Source: an uncultured Planctomycetia bacterium
GTDB taxonomy: Bacteria > Omnitrophota > Gorgyraeia > Taenaricolales > CAZCCH01
Reading direction: 5' to 3'
Length of the DNA stretch: 54,105 nucleotides
NCBI GenBank assembly: GCA_964497315.1
Contig: CAZCCH010000001.1
Span: 1 to 54,105 of the forward strand
Part shown: positions 1 to 8,426 of the stretch, piece after piece
How the letters are laid out: each line of letters starts with the position of its first letter
Numbering within the stretch: the stretch's first letter is position 1
Notes under the pieces: model-generated
Database searches by the model: none
Seen by the model: only the letters and a program-made list of their open reading frames with translations
Told to the model about the DNA's origin: nothing
Position numbers and translations under genes: made by a program

Positions 1-3000
1 CATCAGGGTATTCTTTATCTAGGTGATGTCTTCTTGCTTGAGTGTAAAGGTCTAATGCCTTAGAACGCTTAAGCATTTTCTCAAGCTCTTCCCTTTCTGT
101 TGGGTCTACTAAGTCTTCATGTTCTAGGAAGCCTTCAAGGTTTTCTCTTGCTAGAGGATAATTACCACCTTCAAAGAACCTAATACCTTCTTCTCTTAGG
201 CTTAAGAGTCTTGCTTTGGCAAGCTCCTGTTCAAATGCCTTCCTACCGCTTCCTTTAAAGAGACCTTCTGCAGTTTCTAATACTGCTACAGCTTGAGTGC
301 ATTGGTTTTGTTCCAGAAGTTGAGTGGCTCTTTGATTAGCCACTCTGCAGGATAGGTTTACTAGCTTTTTTTGCAGTGCTTCATCTGGCTTGGGATGTGT
401 CATAAAAGCTAGGTTGTATTCTTCTAGGGCTTCTTCTAGTTGTCCTTTTGCTTCTAAGGAACGTGCCTTTTGGGTATGCTCTCTTGCTCCATCTAAGGCA
501 GGTTTACGGGAGTCGGTAAGTTGTTTTTGCCATTGGGCTTTTGTTACGATTTCTCTGGATTCGCAAACTGCTCTACTAGCTATAGGTGTTATACTTACGC
601 AGTCACCCTTAATATCGATAACTGAATGGTTTGGCACATTACCATTTAAAGAAGCACGAACAACACCATCTTCTGCTCTTATATCTTGATACCTTTTATA
701 TCCTGGTTTATCCCACCAGTCTACCCGTCTTATATAGTAACGGCCGTTTTGTTTTTGTAAGATAATACTTGCAAAATCTCCTACCCTTTTGCCGTCTTTG
801 CTACTAAAAACTCTAAGCGTCCTGCCAAGTAAACTCTTCGGTGCCCCTTTAGGTAAAATAAGATTATCTATATAAACTATAGGTGCATCTACATGTTTAC
901 TGACAGTATCTTTAGTAGTAACATATAAAAGCTTACCTGAGCCATCCCTTGCTGCAATATAATAATCAACATTGTCCGACCTTAAGAAATCTCCTTCTGG
1001 TCCTGTTATGGCAATTGGCATATTATTTGTTTTGCCATTTTTGGTAGGGCTTTTTTCATAAGCTGTCCAAATGGCACTACTATCGCGCCAAGGAGACCTA
1101 ACGCTATAGTTATGTGTTATGCCTCCAGATGTACTAAACATATTTTTCTTAAGTACATTTCTGGCTCTTGCAGCAGCATACCTACCATCAGGCAAAATTA
1201 CTACTTTACTAGCAGTGTCATTGTAGCCTTTTGCAAGAGAATCTAATGTCTTTCGGGTATCAAGATGAGGATATGGTCTTTCTGTAAGTAAGGCAATTAA
1301 TTCTTTATATGTCTTAGGACCTTGCTCTAATTGTTCCCATAAAAAGGTATTAAGTTCATCATGGGTTAACTGTCTAGGGTTATTCCAAATTTCTATATCC
1401 GTACTGATATCCGCACCGATGCGGGATATATATTTTTTATCTTTTGTAAGCCTCCAAATTTGTCTTGGTAAGGCATTTTCTTCTGCTTCAGCAGAAAATT
1501 TACCTTTCCTTGTTCTTAAGCGATACACACCATGGCTATAATCTCTTCTGAAATGGACTTCTTTAAGCCTTCCACCATTAAAAAAGAAACTCAGGCTTAA
1601 TGGAAACCCTCTAATTCTTCTTATTATGTTGCGAAGGGATACCCTGTAAGGCAAAATTGATTTTATAAGATCTCCTTCGGACAAGGAAATATTTTCAAAA
1701 TAGCTTCTTTCTTGCTTGCTATCAACCTGTACATTTCTAAGGCAGCAATCAATTACATTGCCCTGTGCATCTCTTTGAACAATAAGAGAGAAAGGATTTT
1801 CTGTGCAAACAGTGCCACCTATTACTTCAAACAGCATAATAGGCCAACCATTGTCCCTTACTATTCTTAGCCTATCCCCAGGGAGGAAGTAATTCCTTAA
1901 ATCTACACCGGTGCGTTTTTGGTTTACAAAGATTCTAGGCTCATCAAGCACTATTTCTTCACCCAGATACCCATACTTGCCACCTCCTATATGCACTATA
2001 TCTTGCCTTTTACTAAGTGCTTCTAGAACTAGCTCTACTCTTTCCAGCCCATCAAAACCTACGCCAACTGCCTCAGTTAATTCATGAGCAGTTTTTGGTT
2101 TTTCTTCTAAGCTCTCTGAAACAAAAACTTCTAACTCACTTTGAGGTAAATCATCAATACCTGCTAATTTATCTGTCCATTTAAACCAAAAAAGTTTATA
2201 TCCTAGTGCAAGTCTTTCGGAGATGGTTAAAGAATGAGGTTTAAAATCTTTTATATGGTTGAACTCTCGAGTTCCTTCATCATACCAAACATTGAATATC
2301 GCTCTTACAGGTAATAGATTGTTACCCAATTTAAATACCCTAGCTGCCTTACAAAGCTTACCTCTATGTTTATAAGTGAACATTTCAACTAAAGCCTTAT
2401 CTCCTTTTTTAAGGCCTCGTGTAATACCATTCATAGCGCCTGTTTTCTTTTCTGTTGCAAGTTCTTGTAGTATTACATTTGCGCGTTCATTGGTAACTGT
2501 AATAACTAAAGGCTCAGGTGGCGGCTCTTTAGCATCCCAATTAGTAAATCTATTAATCGCTTCTTGGTCTGGGTAGTATATCGAATCGACTTCTGAATCT
2601 AAGCGGTGATAGGCTGTTCCGTAAAATTTTTCTTCTCCTGTAGGCCCTCTCCCATAAACTTTGAACCTTCTTGTATCTTTTGTAGTTGGCACACTCTCCA
2701 AAACAGCTTCAGGCTCTGTAATTCCCTCCTCAGGTGTATATTGAGCTTCTATTTTGGTGGAACCTGTCCCCTCTCTTAGCACTATAACACCTTTTTTGCC
2801 TATCCTTCTAGCGCCTCTCTTACCCAAAAGGGCAGTCACCTCTGGTAAAACCACCACTCTAAAAATACCCTTAATCTTTATCTGAAACCTCAACCATAAT
2901 CTAAGTAAGCGCCTACTTCCAGCGTGTTTATCTGAACAAGATATATCTTCTGGACCAAAAACTCTATCAAAATACTGTGTTTCTTCATTCCAAGTGGCAA

Positions 3001-4555
3001 ATCCTACAGGTTTACCTTTTTTTCTAAAATAGACGAGAATACCTCTTTGCGCCTTTCCTTCTTTATTTTTAAACCAAATTACCTCTACCCATACCCTCCT
3101 TCTTGATTCTTTTGTCTTTCTGCCTTTGTAATGTGTAAATTTATCACCTACGCAGTATCTTCTGTTTTTGCTATCAGCTCCGAAAACTACAATATCTCCA
3201 CTGCTAAGCAACGGCACCGACAATAGCTTAGCACTAGGCTTTTTATGTGTCCTTGCAAATTCTTTCATGCATTCTAAATCATTTGGTTTTTTAGGTTTTG
3301 TCATGAAAAAGCCTTTAAAACCAGCACGTAATTTCTTATTTTCTCTCTCGAATGCTTCTTTCTTGTCATCTCCCTGAGCTTTAAATGCAAGGTGTTCTTC
3401 TTCTGACTTTTCAAGTTCACCTTGTTCACCTTCAAGGTTTACAAATTCAAATGTGATATCTTGGAATTCTGGTATGTAGGTTTGAAGGAATTCTCCTTTT
3501 AGGTTTGTATCAAAGTGGGTCTTGGCTGCTTTTCTTATTGAGATTGTAAGGCCTTTGGGTCTCTTTCTTGTTTGCATATCTTGAAGTAAACCAGCAAAGG
3601 CTTCATCTTCAAGAGCCAATAAGCCTGGGCAAAGATTAAAATCAAAGCTTCTCTCATGAGCATGTGTTACTTTATTAAAAGCCTTGACTCTTCTTTTTAC
3701 TTCAGCCTTTGGCATACTCATAAGCCTTAAGGCAGTATCGTAATCATCTCCTGGGTATATACCTAATTCATCACGTAGATGTGTAAGATTAGATTTGATT
3801 TGACTTGTGCTTGGGAGGTTTTGAGGTTGGGTTAGGGCTTCTTCTGGTTGGGTGAGGGTTTCAGAGAATCTTGCTTTTTCTGGTCTGCCGGTAACCTCTC
3901 TTCTAAAACGTTCAACTAATCTATTGCCGAGAAATTCACTAATGGTAACCTTGGGCTTATCTAGATGAGGGGAAAGATATAATTTTTCTATCATCACGCG
4001 GTGTTTTCTGTAGATGTCCCTGGTAATTTTATGAATTATCTTTTTAGCTGCAAGTTCTTTTGGTGTCTTTCGTGGTTCAGACGGTTTCCATCTTTCGGGT
4101 TTGAGATAAACAAGTACTTCTATATCAGAAGGGTAAGGGTTTTTGTGATAAGATAAGGCATCGCCATGAGACATTTTTTTTGGAAATAGTCCTAACCGCA
4201 TTGTGCCTTTGGCAAAACTTCCCACCACATAAACAGGAACAACTTCTAATTTCCAACCCTCAACTTCTGTTATCGCACAGCAGCGCTCATAAAATTCATT
4301 AAGCGCTTCTTGATAAGCCTGCAAGGCTTGTTTTCTACCTTCTTCATCTATTGCCTTTCCAAATCTATTAAAATGCTCGCTGTTTTCTCCAAGCTTACCA
4401 GCCAATTCTTCTGCAAACCTGCTGTTTCTAGTTTTATCAGGTCTAAGTGTATCTCTAGAAAAATCAGCCAAGGCAAATTCCGACACTACAGCTGAAAACA
4501 AAAAAGTCCTCAGTAATACTATTGCTATTATTTTGGTAATAAAGTGTTTTTTCAT
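1..4555 (-). CDS. Giant hypothetical protein, >1518 aa, 3'-partial (C-terminus beyond the left window edge); absent from the supplied ORF track
   Basis: Plus-strand triplets in the frame pos = 2 mod 3 contain no tta/cta/tca from 2 to 4555 (checked line by line). The minus strand is therefore open for 1518 codons. ATG = cat at 4553-4555; the nearest in-frame upstream stop is TAA at 4616-4618, with no ATG between. The N-terminus MKKHFITKIIAIVLLRTFLFSAVVSEFALA is hydrophobic (signal peptide or anchor). It is probably missing from the track because no stop lies inside the window. Confidence 0.85.
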   Translation of the reverse strand, partial: MKKHFITKIIAIVLLRTFLFSAVVSEFALADFSRDTLRPDKTRNSRFAEELAGKLGENSEHFNRFGKAIDEEGRKQALQAYQEALNEFYERCCAITEVEGWKLEVVPVYVVGSFAKGTMRLGLFPKKMSHGDALSYHKNPYPSDIEVLVYLKPERWKPSEPRKTPKELAAKKIIHKITRDIYRKHRVMIEKLYLSPHLDKPKVTISEFLGNRLVERFRREVTGRPEKARFSETLTQPEEALTQPQNLPSTSQIKSNLTHLRDELGIYPGDDYDTALRLMSMPKAEVKRRVKAFNKVTHAHERSFDFNLCPGLLALEDEAFAGLLQDMQTRKRPKGLTISIRKAAKTHFDTNLKGEFLQTYIPEFQDITFEFVNLEGEQGELEKSEEEHLAFKAQGDDKKEAFERENKKLRAGFKGFFMTKPKKPNDLECMKEFARTHKKPSAKLLSVPLLSSGDIVVFGADSKNRRYCVGDKFTHYKGRKTKESRRRVWVEVIWFKNKEGKAQRGILVYFRKKGKPVGFATWNEETQYFDRVFGPEDISCSDKHAGSRRLLRLWLRFQIKIKGIFRVVVLPEVTALLGKRGARRIGKKGVIVLREGTGSTKIEAQYTPEEGITEPEAVLESVPTTKDTRRFKVYGRGPTGEEKFYGTAYHRLDSEVDSIYYPDQEAINRFTNWDAKEPPPEPLVITVTNERANVILQELATEKKTGAMNGITRGLKKGDKALVEMFTYKHRGKLCKAARVFKLGNNLLPVRAIFNVWYDEGTREFNHIKDFKPHSLTISERLALGYKLFWFKWTDKLAGIDDLPQSELEVFVSESLEEKPKTAHELTEAVGVGFDGLERVELVLEALSKRQDIVHIGGGKYGYLGEEIVLDEPRIFVNQKRTGVDLRNYFLPGDRLRIVRDNGWPIMLFEVIGGTVCTENPFSLIVQRDAQGNVIDCCLRNVQVDSKQERSYFENISLSEGDLIKSILPYRVSLRNIIRRIRGFPLSLSFFFNGGRLKEVHFRRDYSHGVYRLRTRKGKFSAEAEENALPRQIWRLTKDKKYISRIGADISTDIEIWNNPRQLTHDELNTFLWEQLEQGPKTYKELIALLTERPYPHLDTRKTLDSLAKGYNDTASKVVILPDGRYAAARARNVLKKNMFSTSGGITHNYSVRSPWRDSSAIWTAYEKSPTKNGKTNNMPIAITGPEGDFLRSDNVDYYIAARDGSGKLLYVTTKDTVSKHVDAPIVYIDNLILPKGAPKSLLGRTLRVFSSKDGKRVGDFASIILQKQNGRYYIRRVDWWDKPGYKRYQDIRAEDGVVRASLNGNVPNHSVIDIKGDCVSITPIASRAVCESREIVTKAQWQKQLTDSRKPALDGAREHTQKARSLEAKGQLEEALEEYNLAFMTHPKPDEALQKKLVNLSCRVANQRATQLLEQNQCTQAVAVLETAEGLFKGSGRKAFEQELAKARLLSLREEGIRFFEGGNYPLARENLEGFLEHEDLVDPTEREELEKMLKRSKALDLYTQARRHHLDKEYPD

Positions 4556-4567
4556 TTCTTTTCTACA

Positions 4568-4605
4568 ATAAAAAAGCTGCCTAAATTTAACATATTTTGG
4601 CAGCC
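4568..4605 (-). terminator. Intrinsic-terminator-like hairpin plus U6; putative riboswitch expression platform
   Basis: Minus-strand RNA reads GCUGCC-A-AAAU-AUGUUAA-AUUU-A-GGCAGC followed by UUUUUUAUUG. The stem arms are 4576-4586 and 4594-4604, and the U-tract is the plus-strand A-run 4570-4575. It ends about 15 nt before the ATG at 4555. The left arm overlaps the 3' strand of the aptamer. Confidence 0.6.
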
Positions 4606-4668
4606 TTGCAATCCCTTAGGATCAATGGCTTTGCGTCCCCACCTTACGATAAGTTTGCCCTTTTCTAA
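4598..4668 (-). promoter_or_regulatory. c-di-GMP-I (GEMM-I)-like riboswitch aptamer in the 5' leader of the giant ORF
   Basis: Minus-strand RNA: AGAAAAGGGCAAACUUAUCGUAAGGUGGGGACGCAAAGCCAUUGAUCCUAAGGGAUUGCAAGGCUGCC. Elements: GGGCAAAC (4653-4660), a 6-bp stem capped by the GNRA tetraloop GUAA (4644-4647), GGGACGCAAAGCC (4627-4639), a second imperfect hairpin, and a closing GGCUGCC. Block identity and the 13-nt spacing match my memory of the V. cholerae Vc2 aptamer. Confidence 0.7.
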
Positions 4669-4673
4669 CTACA

Positions 4674-4679
4674 ATTATA
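4674..4679 (-). promoter_or_regulatory. Candidate -10 box for the riboswitch/giant-ORF transcript
   Basis: Perfect TATAAT on the minus strand, 7 nt upstream of the first aptamer nucleotide. There is no convincing -35 (ACAAAA at 17-nt spacing). Confidence 0.4.
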
Positions 4680-4846
4680 CTGTTAAAAAGCTTACTTTTT
4701 GTTTTTCTAATGACATACTAATACACTAATTATCTCACTTACTATATATAACACACAATAGTCAGTTTTATTACTTTTTTATTTACTAACAAGGCATAAA
4801 AAAGACATGTCTATAACCATAACTTCTTTATTTACAGTTAGTTATG

Positions 4847-6421
4847 TTACTTAATGATATTCTCTTTTTTTAGTAATTTTTTCTTAGCTTTGAGGCCTTT
4901 TGAGAAACCACCCAATGTGCCATCTGAGCGGATTACGCGGTGGCAGGGGATAATACCAGGAAGGGGATTTTTGTTTAAGGCATTGCCTACTGCCCTTACT
5001 GCATCAGGGTTGCCTATTTGTTTAGCTACCCATTTATAAGAGCATGTCTGGCCTTTAGGGACTTTACTAACTGCCTTATATACCTTAAGCTGAAACTCTG
5101 TGCAGGTTTTAAGAAGCAGTTGTTTTCTTTTTAAACCAATACCAGGAATTTGATCTAAAATTGATTTCTTTGTTAATTTGCCTCTTAACACATGATGATA
5201 GGAAATAGCAAATCTGTGTGCCTCATCTCTTATTCTCTGGATTAACTGCAATGCCTTTGAATTTCTCTTTAATATGATTGGAGTCTTTTTCTCTAAAACA
5301 TGTAATCTCTCTAGCTTTTTTGCAATTCCAACAACAGGAATCTTTTTAAGACCTATAGATTTTAAGGCCTTGGTTGCTACTGAGACATGAGACCTGCCAC
5401 CATCAATAAGTATTAAATCAGGTAAAGGCTTATGCTCTTCTAATAATCTTTTATACCTTCTTGTTACGATTTCTTTTATCATTGCATAGTCATCAATACC
5501 TTCAACAGTTTTTATCTTAAAGCGTTTGTAATTTTGTTTATCGGCTAACAAATCAAAAAAACTTACCATGGAACCAACTGCCTCAGAACCAAACACATTG
5601 GAAACATCAAATGCCTCTATCCTCATTGGAGTTTTTGCTAAGCCCAACACCATCCTCAACTCTTCTAGTCTTTGTCTGCGGGTTATGGTTTCAAGATTAA
5701 AACCTTCAAAAGTAGCCTTCCCCTCGGAGACTGAGGCAAGTGCCTTTATCTGATCCCTAAGCCTGGCTGCTTCTTCATAGTCTTTCTTAGAAGATGCCTC
5801 TTTCATCCTAAAAGTCAAAGCCTTAACTAATTGTGTTTTCTTACCCTCTAAAAATAAACAAGCATCTTTTAATATCCTAGCGTATTCTTTTTTAGAAATC
5901 CTACCAACGCAAGGTGCAAGGCATTGACCAATATGATAATTTAAACAAGCAGTTTTTGGAAAAGTCTTACAGGTCCTCAAAGGAAAAATTTTTCTCATTA
6001 TAGCAAGCGCTTCTTTTAATAATTTAGCATTTGTATAACGCCCATAATATATAGAACCATCTTTTTTTCTTTGCCTCGCTATAAAAATCCTTGGGAATTT
6101 TTCCCTTTTCGTTACCTTAAGTAATGGATAACGCTTATCATCCTTTAAATCTATATTAAATTTAGGTCTATAGCGCTTTATCAGGCTCCATTCCAATAAC
6201 AGTGCCTCTGCCTCGGAACCCGTCGGTATACAACTAAAATCTTTAATATTACTAATTAAAATTCGGGTTTTGGTATCTTGAATATTCTTTTTAAAATAGG
6301 ACAAAACCCTTTTCTTTAAGGATAAGGCCTTTCCTATGTAAATAACCTTACCAGCCTTATCCTTCATCAAATAAACACCAGGAGAGTCAGGTAATTTTTT
6401 TAGTTTCTTTCTTATATCCAT
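4847..6421 (-). CDS. uvrC: Excinuclease ABC subunit C (UvrC) with the C-terminal HhH region replaced by an MGMT/Ogt-type alkyltransferase domain
   Basis: GIY-YIG N-terminus (PGVYLMKDKAGKVIYIGKA); UVR motif (DYEEAARLRDQIKAL); endonuclease region (IEAFDVSN, HRFAISYH); one HhH (IPGIGLKRKQLL). The last 85 aa (TEFQLKVYKAV...PCHRVIRSDGTLGGF) are an MGMT DNA-binding domain with the PCHR active site. Confidence 0.85.
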   Translation of the reverse strand: MDIRKKLKKLPDSPGVYLMKDKAGKVIYIGKALSLKKRVLSYFKKNIQDTKTRILISNIKDFSCIPTGSEAEALLLEWSLIKRYRPKFNIDLKDDKRYPLLKVTKREKFPRIFIARQRKKDGSIYYGRYTNAKLLKEALAIMRKIFPLRTCKTFPKTACLNYHIGQCLAPCVGRISKKEYARILKDACLFLEGKKTQLVKALTFRMKEASSKKDYEEAARLRDQIKALASVSEGKATFEGFNLETITRRQRLEELRMVLGLAKTPMRIEAFDVSNVFGSEAVGSMVSFFDLLADKQNYKRFKIKTVEGIDDYAMIKEIVTRRYKRLLEEHKPLPDLILIDGGRSHVSVATKALKSIGLKKIPVVGIAKKLERLHVLEKKTPIILKRNSKALQLIQRIRDEAHRFAISYHHVLRGKLTKKSILDQIPGIGLKRKQLLLKTCTEFQLKVYKAVSKVPKGQTCSYKWVAKQIGNPDAVRAVGNALNKNPLPGIIPCHRVIRSDGTLGGFSKGLKAKKKLLKKENIIK

Positions 6422-7987
6422 TTATCTTTTTATTAGTTTTTTTAGAATTTGTCTTGGTTGCTCAAGGCCTATTAGTAAACTTACAAAAATATAAACAACA
6501 ATACTTATTGAAATAATTCCAAATAACCTTAAGGCCTCTTGGGATTTACCTATTAAGGAGGGGGCAAGCCACTGCCTATACAAGAAGAAACACACAACAC
6601 CCATAACAATACCTGAGGAGAGCATTTTTAAAACCGAAATTAGAATCCGCTTACCGTCTATGCGGCCAATCTTTTTGCGCAGTATAAAAAGGAGTAACAT
6701 GAAATTACAGGTAGCTGAAATGCTCGTTGCAAGTGCTAAACCACCTACTTTAAGAGGCCACATCAAAATAATATTTAATAAAAAGTTTAATGCCACACAA
6801 GCACTTGCTACCTTAACCGGTGTTAAAGTATCCTGCATTGAATAAAAACAAGATACCAAAATCTTAATCCCTGCATAGGCAAATAAACCAAAGCAATAGA
6901 AAAATAAAGCCAGAGATGTAATCATTGTTGAATATTCATCAAATTGGCCTCTTTCAAATAAAATACTCGTAATAGGCCTTGCTAATACCAAAAGGCCTAT
7001 TGCAGAAGGTATTGTTATAAAAAATACAGTCCTCAGTGAAAACGAAAGGGTCTCTCGTAAATCAGACATATTTTGCCGTGCAGCATGCATTGACATAGCA
7101 GGTAAGGCTACTGTGGCCATGGCTATACCAAATATCGCCAACGGAAATTGAATTATCCTGTTAGAATAATAAAGCGCTGCTACAGCTCCTTCTCCGACGA
7201 TAAACGCCAATGAGGCAAGCATGGTATCTATAAATACGTTTATCTGGTACACGCAAGCACCTAAGGCCCTTGGTAAGAGGAGTTTTCCTATTTTTCCTGC
7301 GGCAGGATGGGTAAATGAAATCTTTTTCGTTAAGCGAAACCCTTTTTTAACCAAGGCAGGTATATTAAAAGAAAGCTGCGCTACCCCACCTAGCAATACA
7401 CCTAACCCTAAACCCATTACAGGTTCATCTAGAATAGGACATATAAAAAGTGCACTTAGTATCACACACACGTTAAGCGTTGCCTGACCAAAGGCAGGTG
7501 CGAAAAAGTGCTTAAGTGAGTTTAAAATACCCACAGCGTATGCTGTAAGACCTATTAAAATAAGGTATGGAAAAAGTATCCTTGTGAGTCTTACAGTCAA
7601 AGCAAACTTGGCAGGATCTTTTATAAACCCAGGTGCAATAATCCTAATAATTGCAGGGGAAAATATTACACCTGCAATACTTAAAAAAACCACAACTAGA
7701 AATAGGAGGTTTAAAACAGTGTGGGCAAGCTCCCAGAATTCCTGCTTGCTTTTTTTGGTGAGATACTCGCTAAAAATAGGGACAAATGCTGCATTAGTGG
7801 CACCCTCTCCGACTAAATCCCTGAATAGATTTGGTATACGAAATGCAACCACAAAGGCCTGGGCGGCAATGGAGGTGCCAAAAAGCCTGGCTATTACTAC
7901 ATCCCTTATAAAACCTAATATCCTGCTTGTTAATGTGCCACATCCTACAATACCTGCCTGCTTGGCAATAAAATCTTTTTCTGTCAT
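6422..7987 (-). CDS. murJ: Lipid II flippase MurJ/MviN
   Basis: 521-aa polytopic membrane protein with the typical N-terminus GFIRDVVIARLFGTSIAAQAFVVAFRIPNLFRDLVGEGATNAAFVPIFSEY. Confidence 0.9.
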   Translation of the reverse strand: MTEKDFIAKQAGIVGCGTLTSRILGFIRDVVIARLFGTSIAAQAFVVAFRIPNLFRDLVGEGATNAAFVPIFSEYLTKKSKQEFWELAHTVLNLLFLVVVFLSIAGVIFSPAIIRIIAPGFIKDPAKFALTVRLTRILFPYLILIGLTAYAVGILNSLKHFFAPAFGQATLNVCVILSALFICPILDEPVMGLGLGVLLGGVAQLSFNIPALVKKGFRLTKKISFTHPAAGKIGKLLLPRALGACVYQINVFIDTMLASLAFIVGEGAVAALYYSNRIIQFPLAIFGIAMATVALPAMSMHAARQNMSDLRETLSFSLRTVFFITIPSAIGLLVLARPITSILFERGQFDEYSTMITSLALFFYCFGLFAYAGIKILVSCFYSMQDTLTPVKVASACVALNFLLNIILMWPLKVGGLALATSISATCNFMLLLFILRKKIGRIDGKRILISVLKMLSSGIVMGVVCFFLYRQWLAPSLIGKSQEALRLFGIISISIVVYIFVSLLIGLEQPRQILKKLIKR

Positions 7988-7996
7988 ATATTAAAG

Positions 7997-8425
7997 CTAT
8001 TTTTTAAGCTTGTGCGCTAAAGCGTTAATCTCATCGGCTAAATCTTTTAACTCATCGTGTTTCCTTAGCTTTAAAGCAAAATTTCTATCCCCTTCGCTAA
8101 TCCTACGCAGGCATTTTTTAATCCTTACTAAGGGGCCTGTGATTTTATGTGAAAACAAAATAGCAGATATAACAGCGAAGATAGCTACAGGTACAAACCC
8201 AAGAAACATCCTCCAATAAATCAAGTCCATCATATCTGTAATCTTCCCCTGCGGATACACGGCGGTGAGTTTTGTCATCAATTGTGACCAGCCTGCATAA
8301 TAAAGCACAGCAGCGGAAACTGAGAAATTCAATAGTAAAAACAAAAGCATTAACCTGGCATGTTTATACTGAACGCTTTTATTTACTATATACTGTGTCC
8401 TACGCCATTTTTTAGTCTCTGACAT
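7997..8425 (-). CDS. Small membrane protein with two TM helices and a HAMP domain, no output domain
   Basis: Two hydrophobic segments are followed by HKITGPLVRIKKCLRRISEGDRNFALKLRKHDELKDLADEINALAHKL (HAMP-like amphipathic helices). The protein ends right after this. Confidence 0.6.
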   Translation of the reverse strand: MSETKKWRRTQYIVNKSVQYKHARLMLLFLLLNFSVSAAVLYYAGWSQLMTKLTAVYPQGKITDMMDLIYWRMFLGFVPVAIFAVISAILFSHKITGPLVRIKKCLRRISEGDRNFALKLRKHDELKDLADEINALAHKLKK

Positions 8426-8426
8426 A

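Noticed and set aside
390-4729. Plus-strand ORFs of 61-99 aa in the track (390..689, 2376..2576, 3168..3377, 4310..4495, 4544..4729)
   Set aside because: The first four lie antisense inside the continuous 1518-codon minus-strand ORF. The last covers the riboswitch/terminator leader. They have low-complexity, Leu/Ser/Phe-rich translations typical of shadow frames and no SDs.
4797-4846. Intrinsic terminator for uvrC (CATAACT...AGTTATG stem and the GACATGTC palindrome followed by T6)
   Set aside because: The first stem has a 15-nt AT-rich loop, and the palindrome has no loop. Either might function, but the evidence is too weak to annotate.
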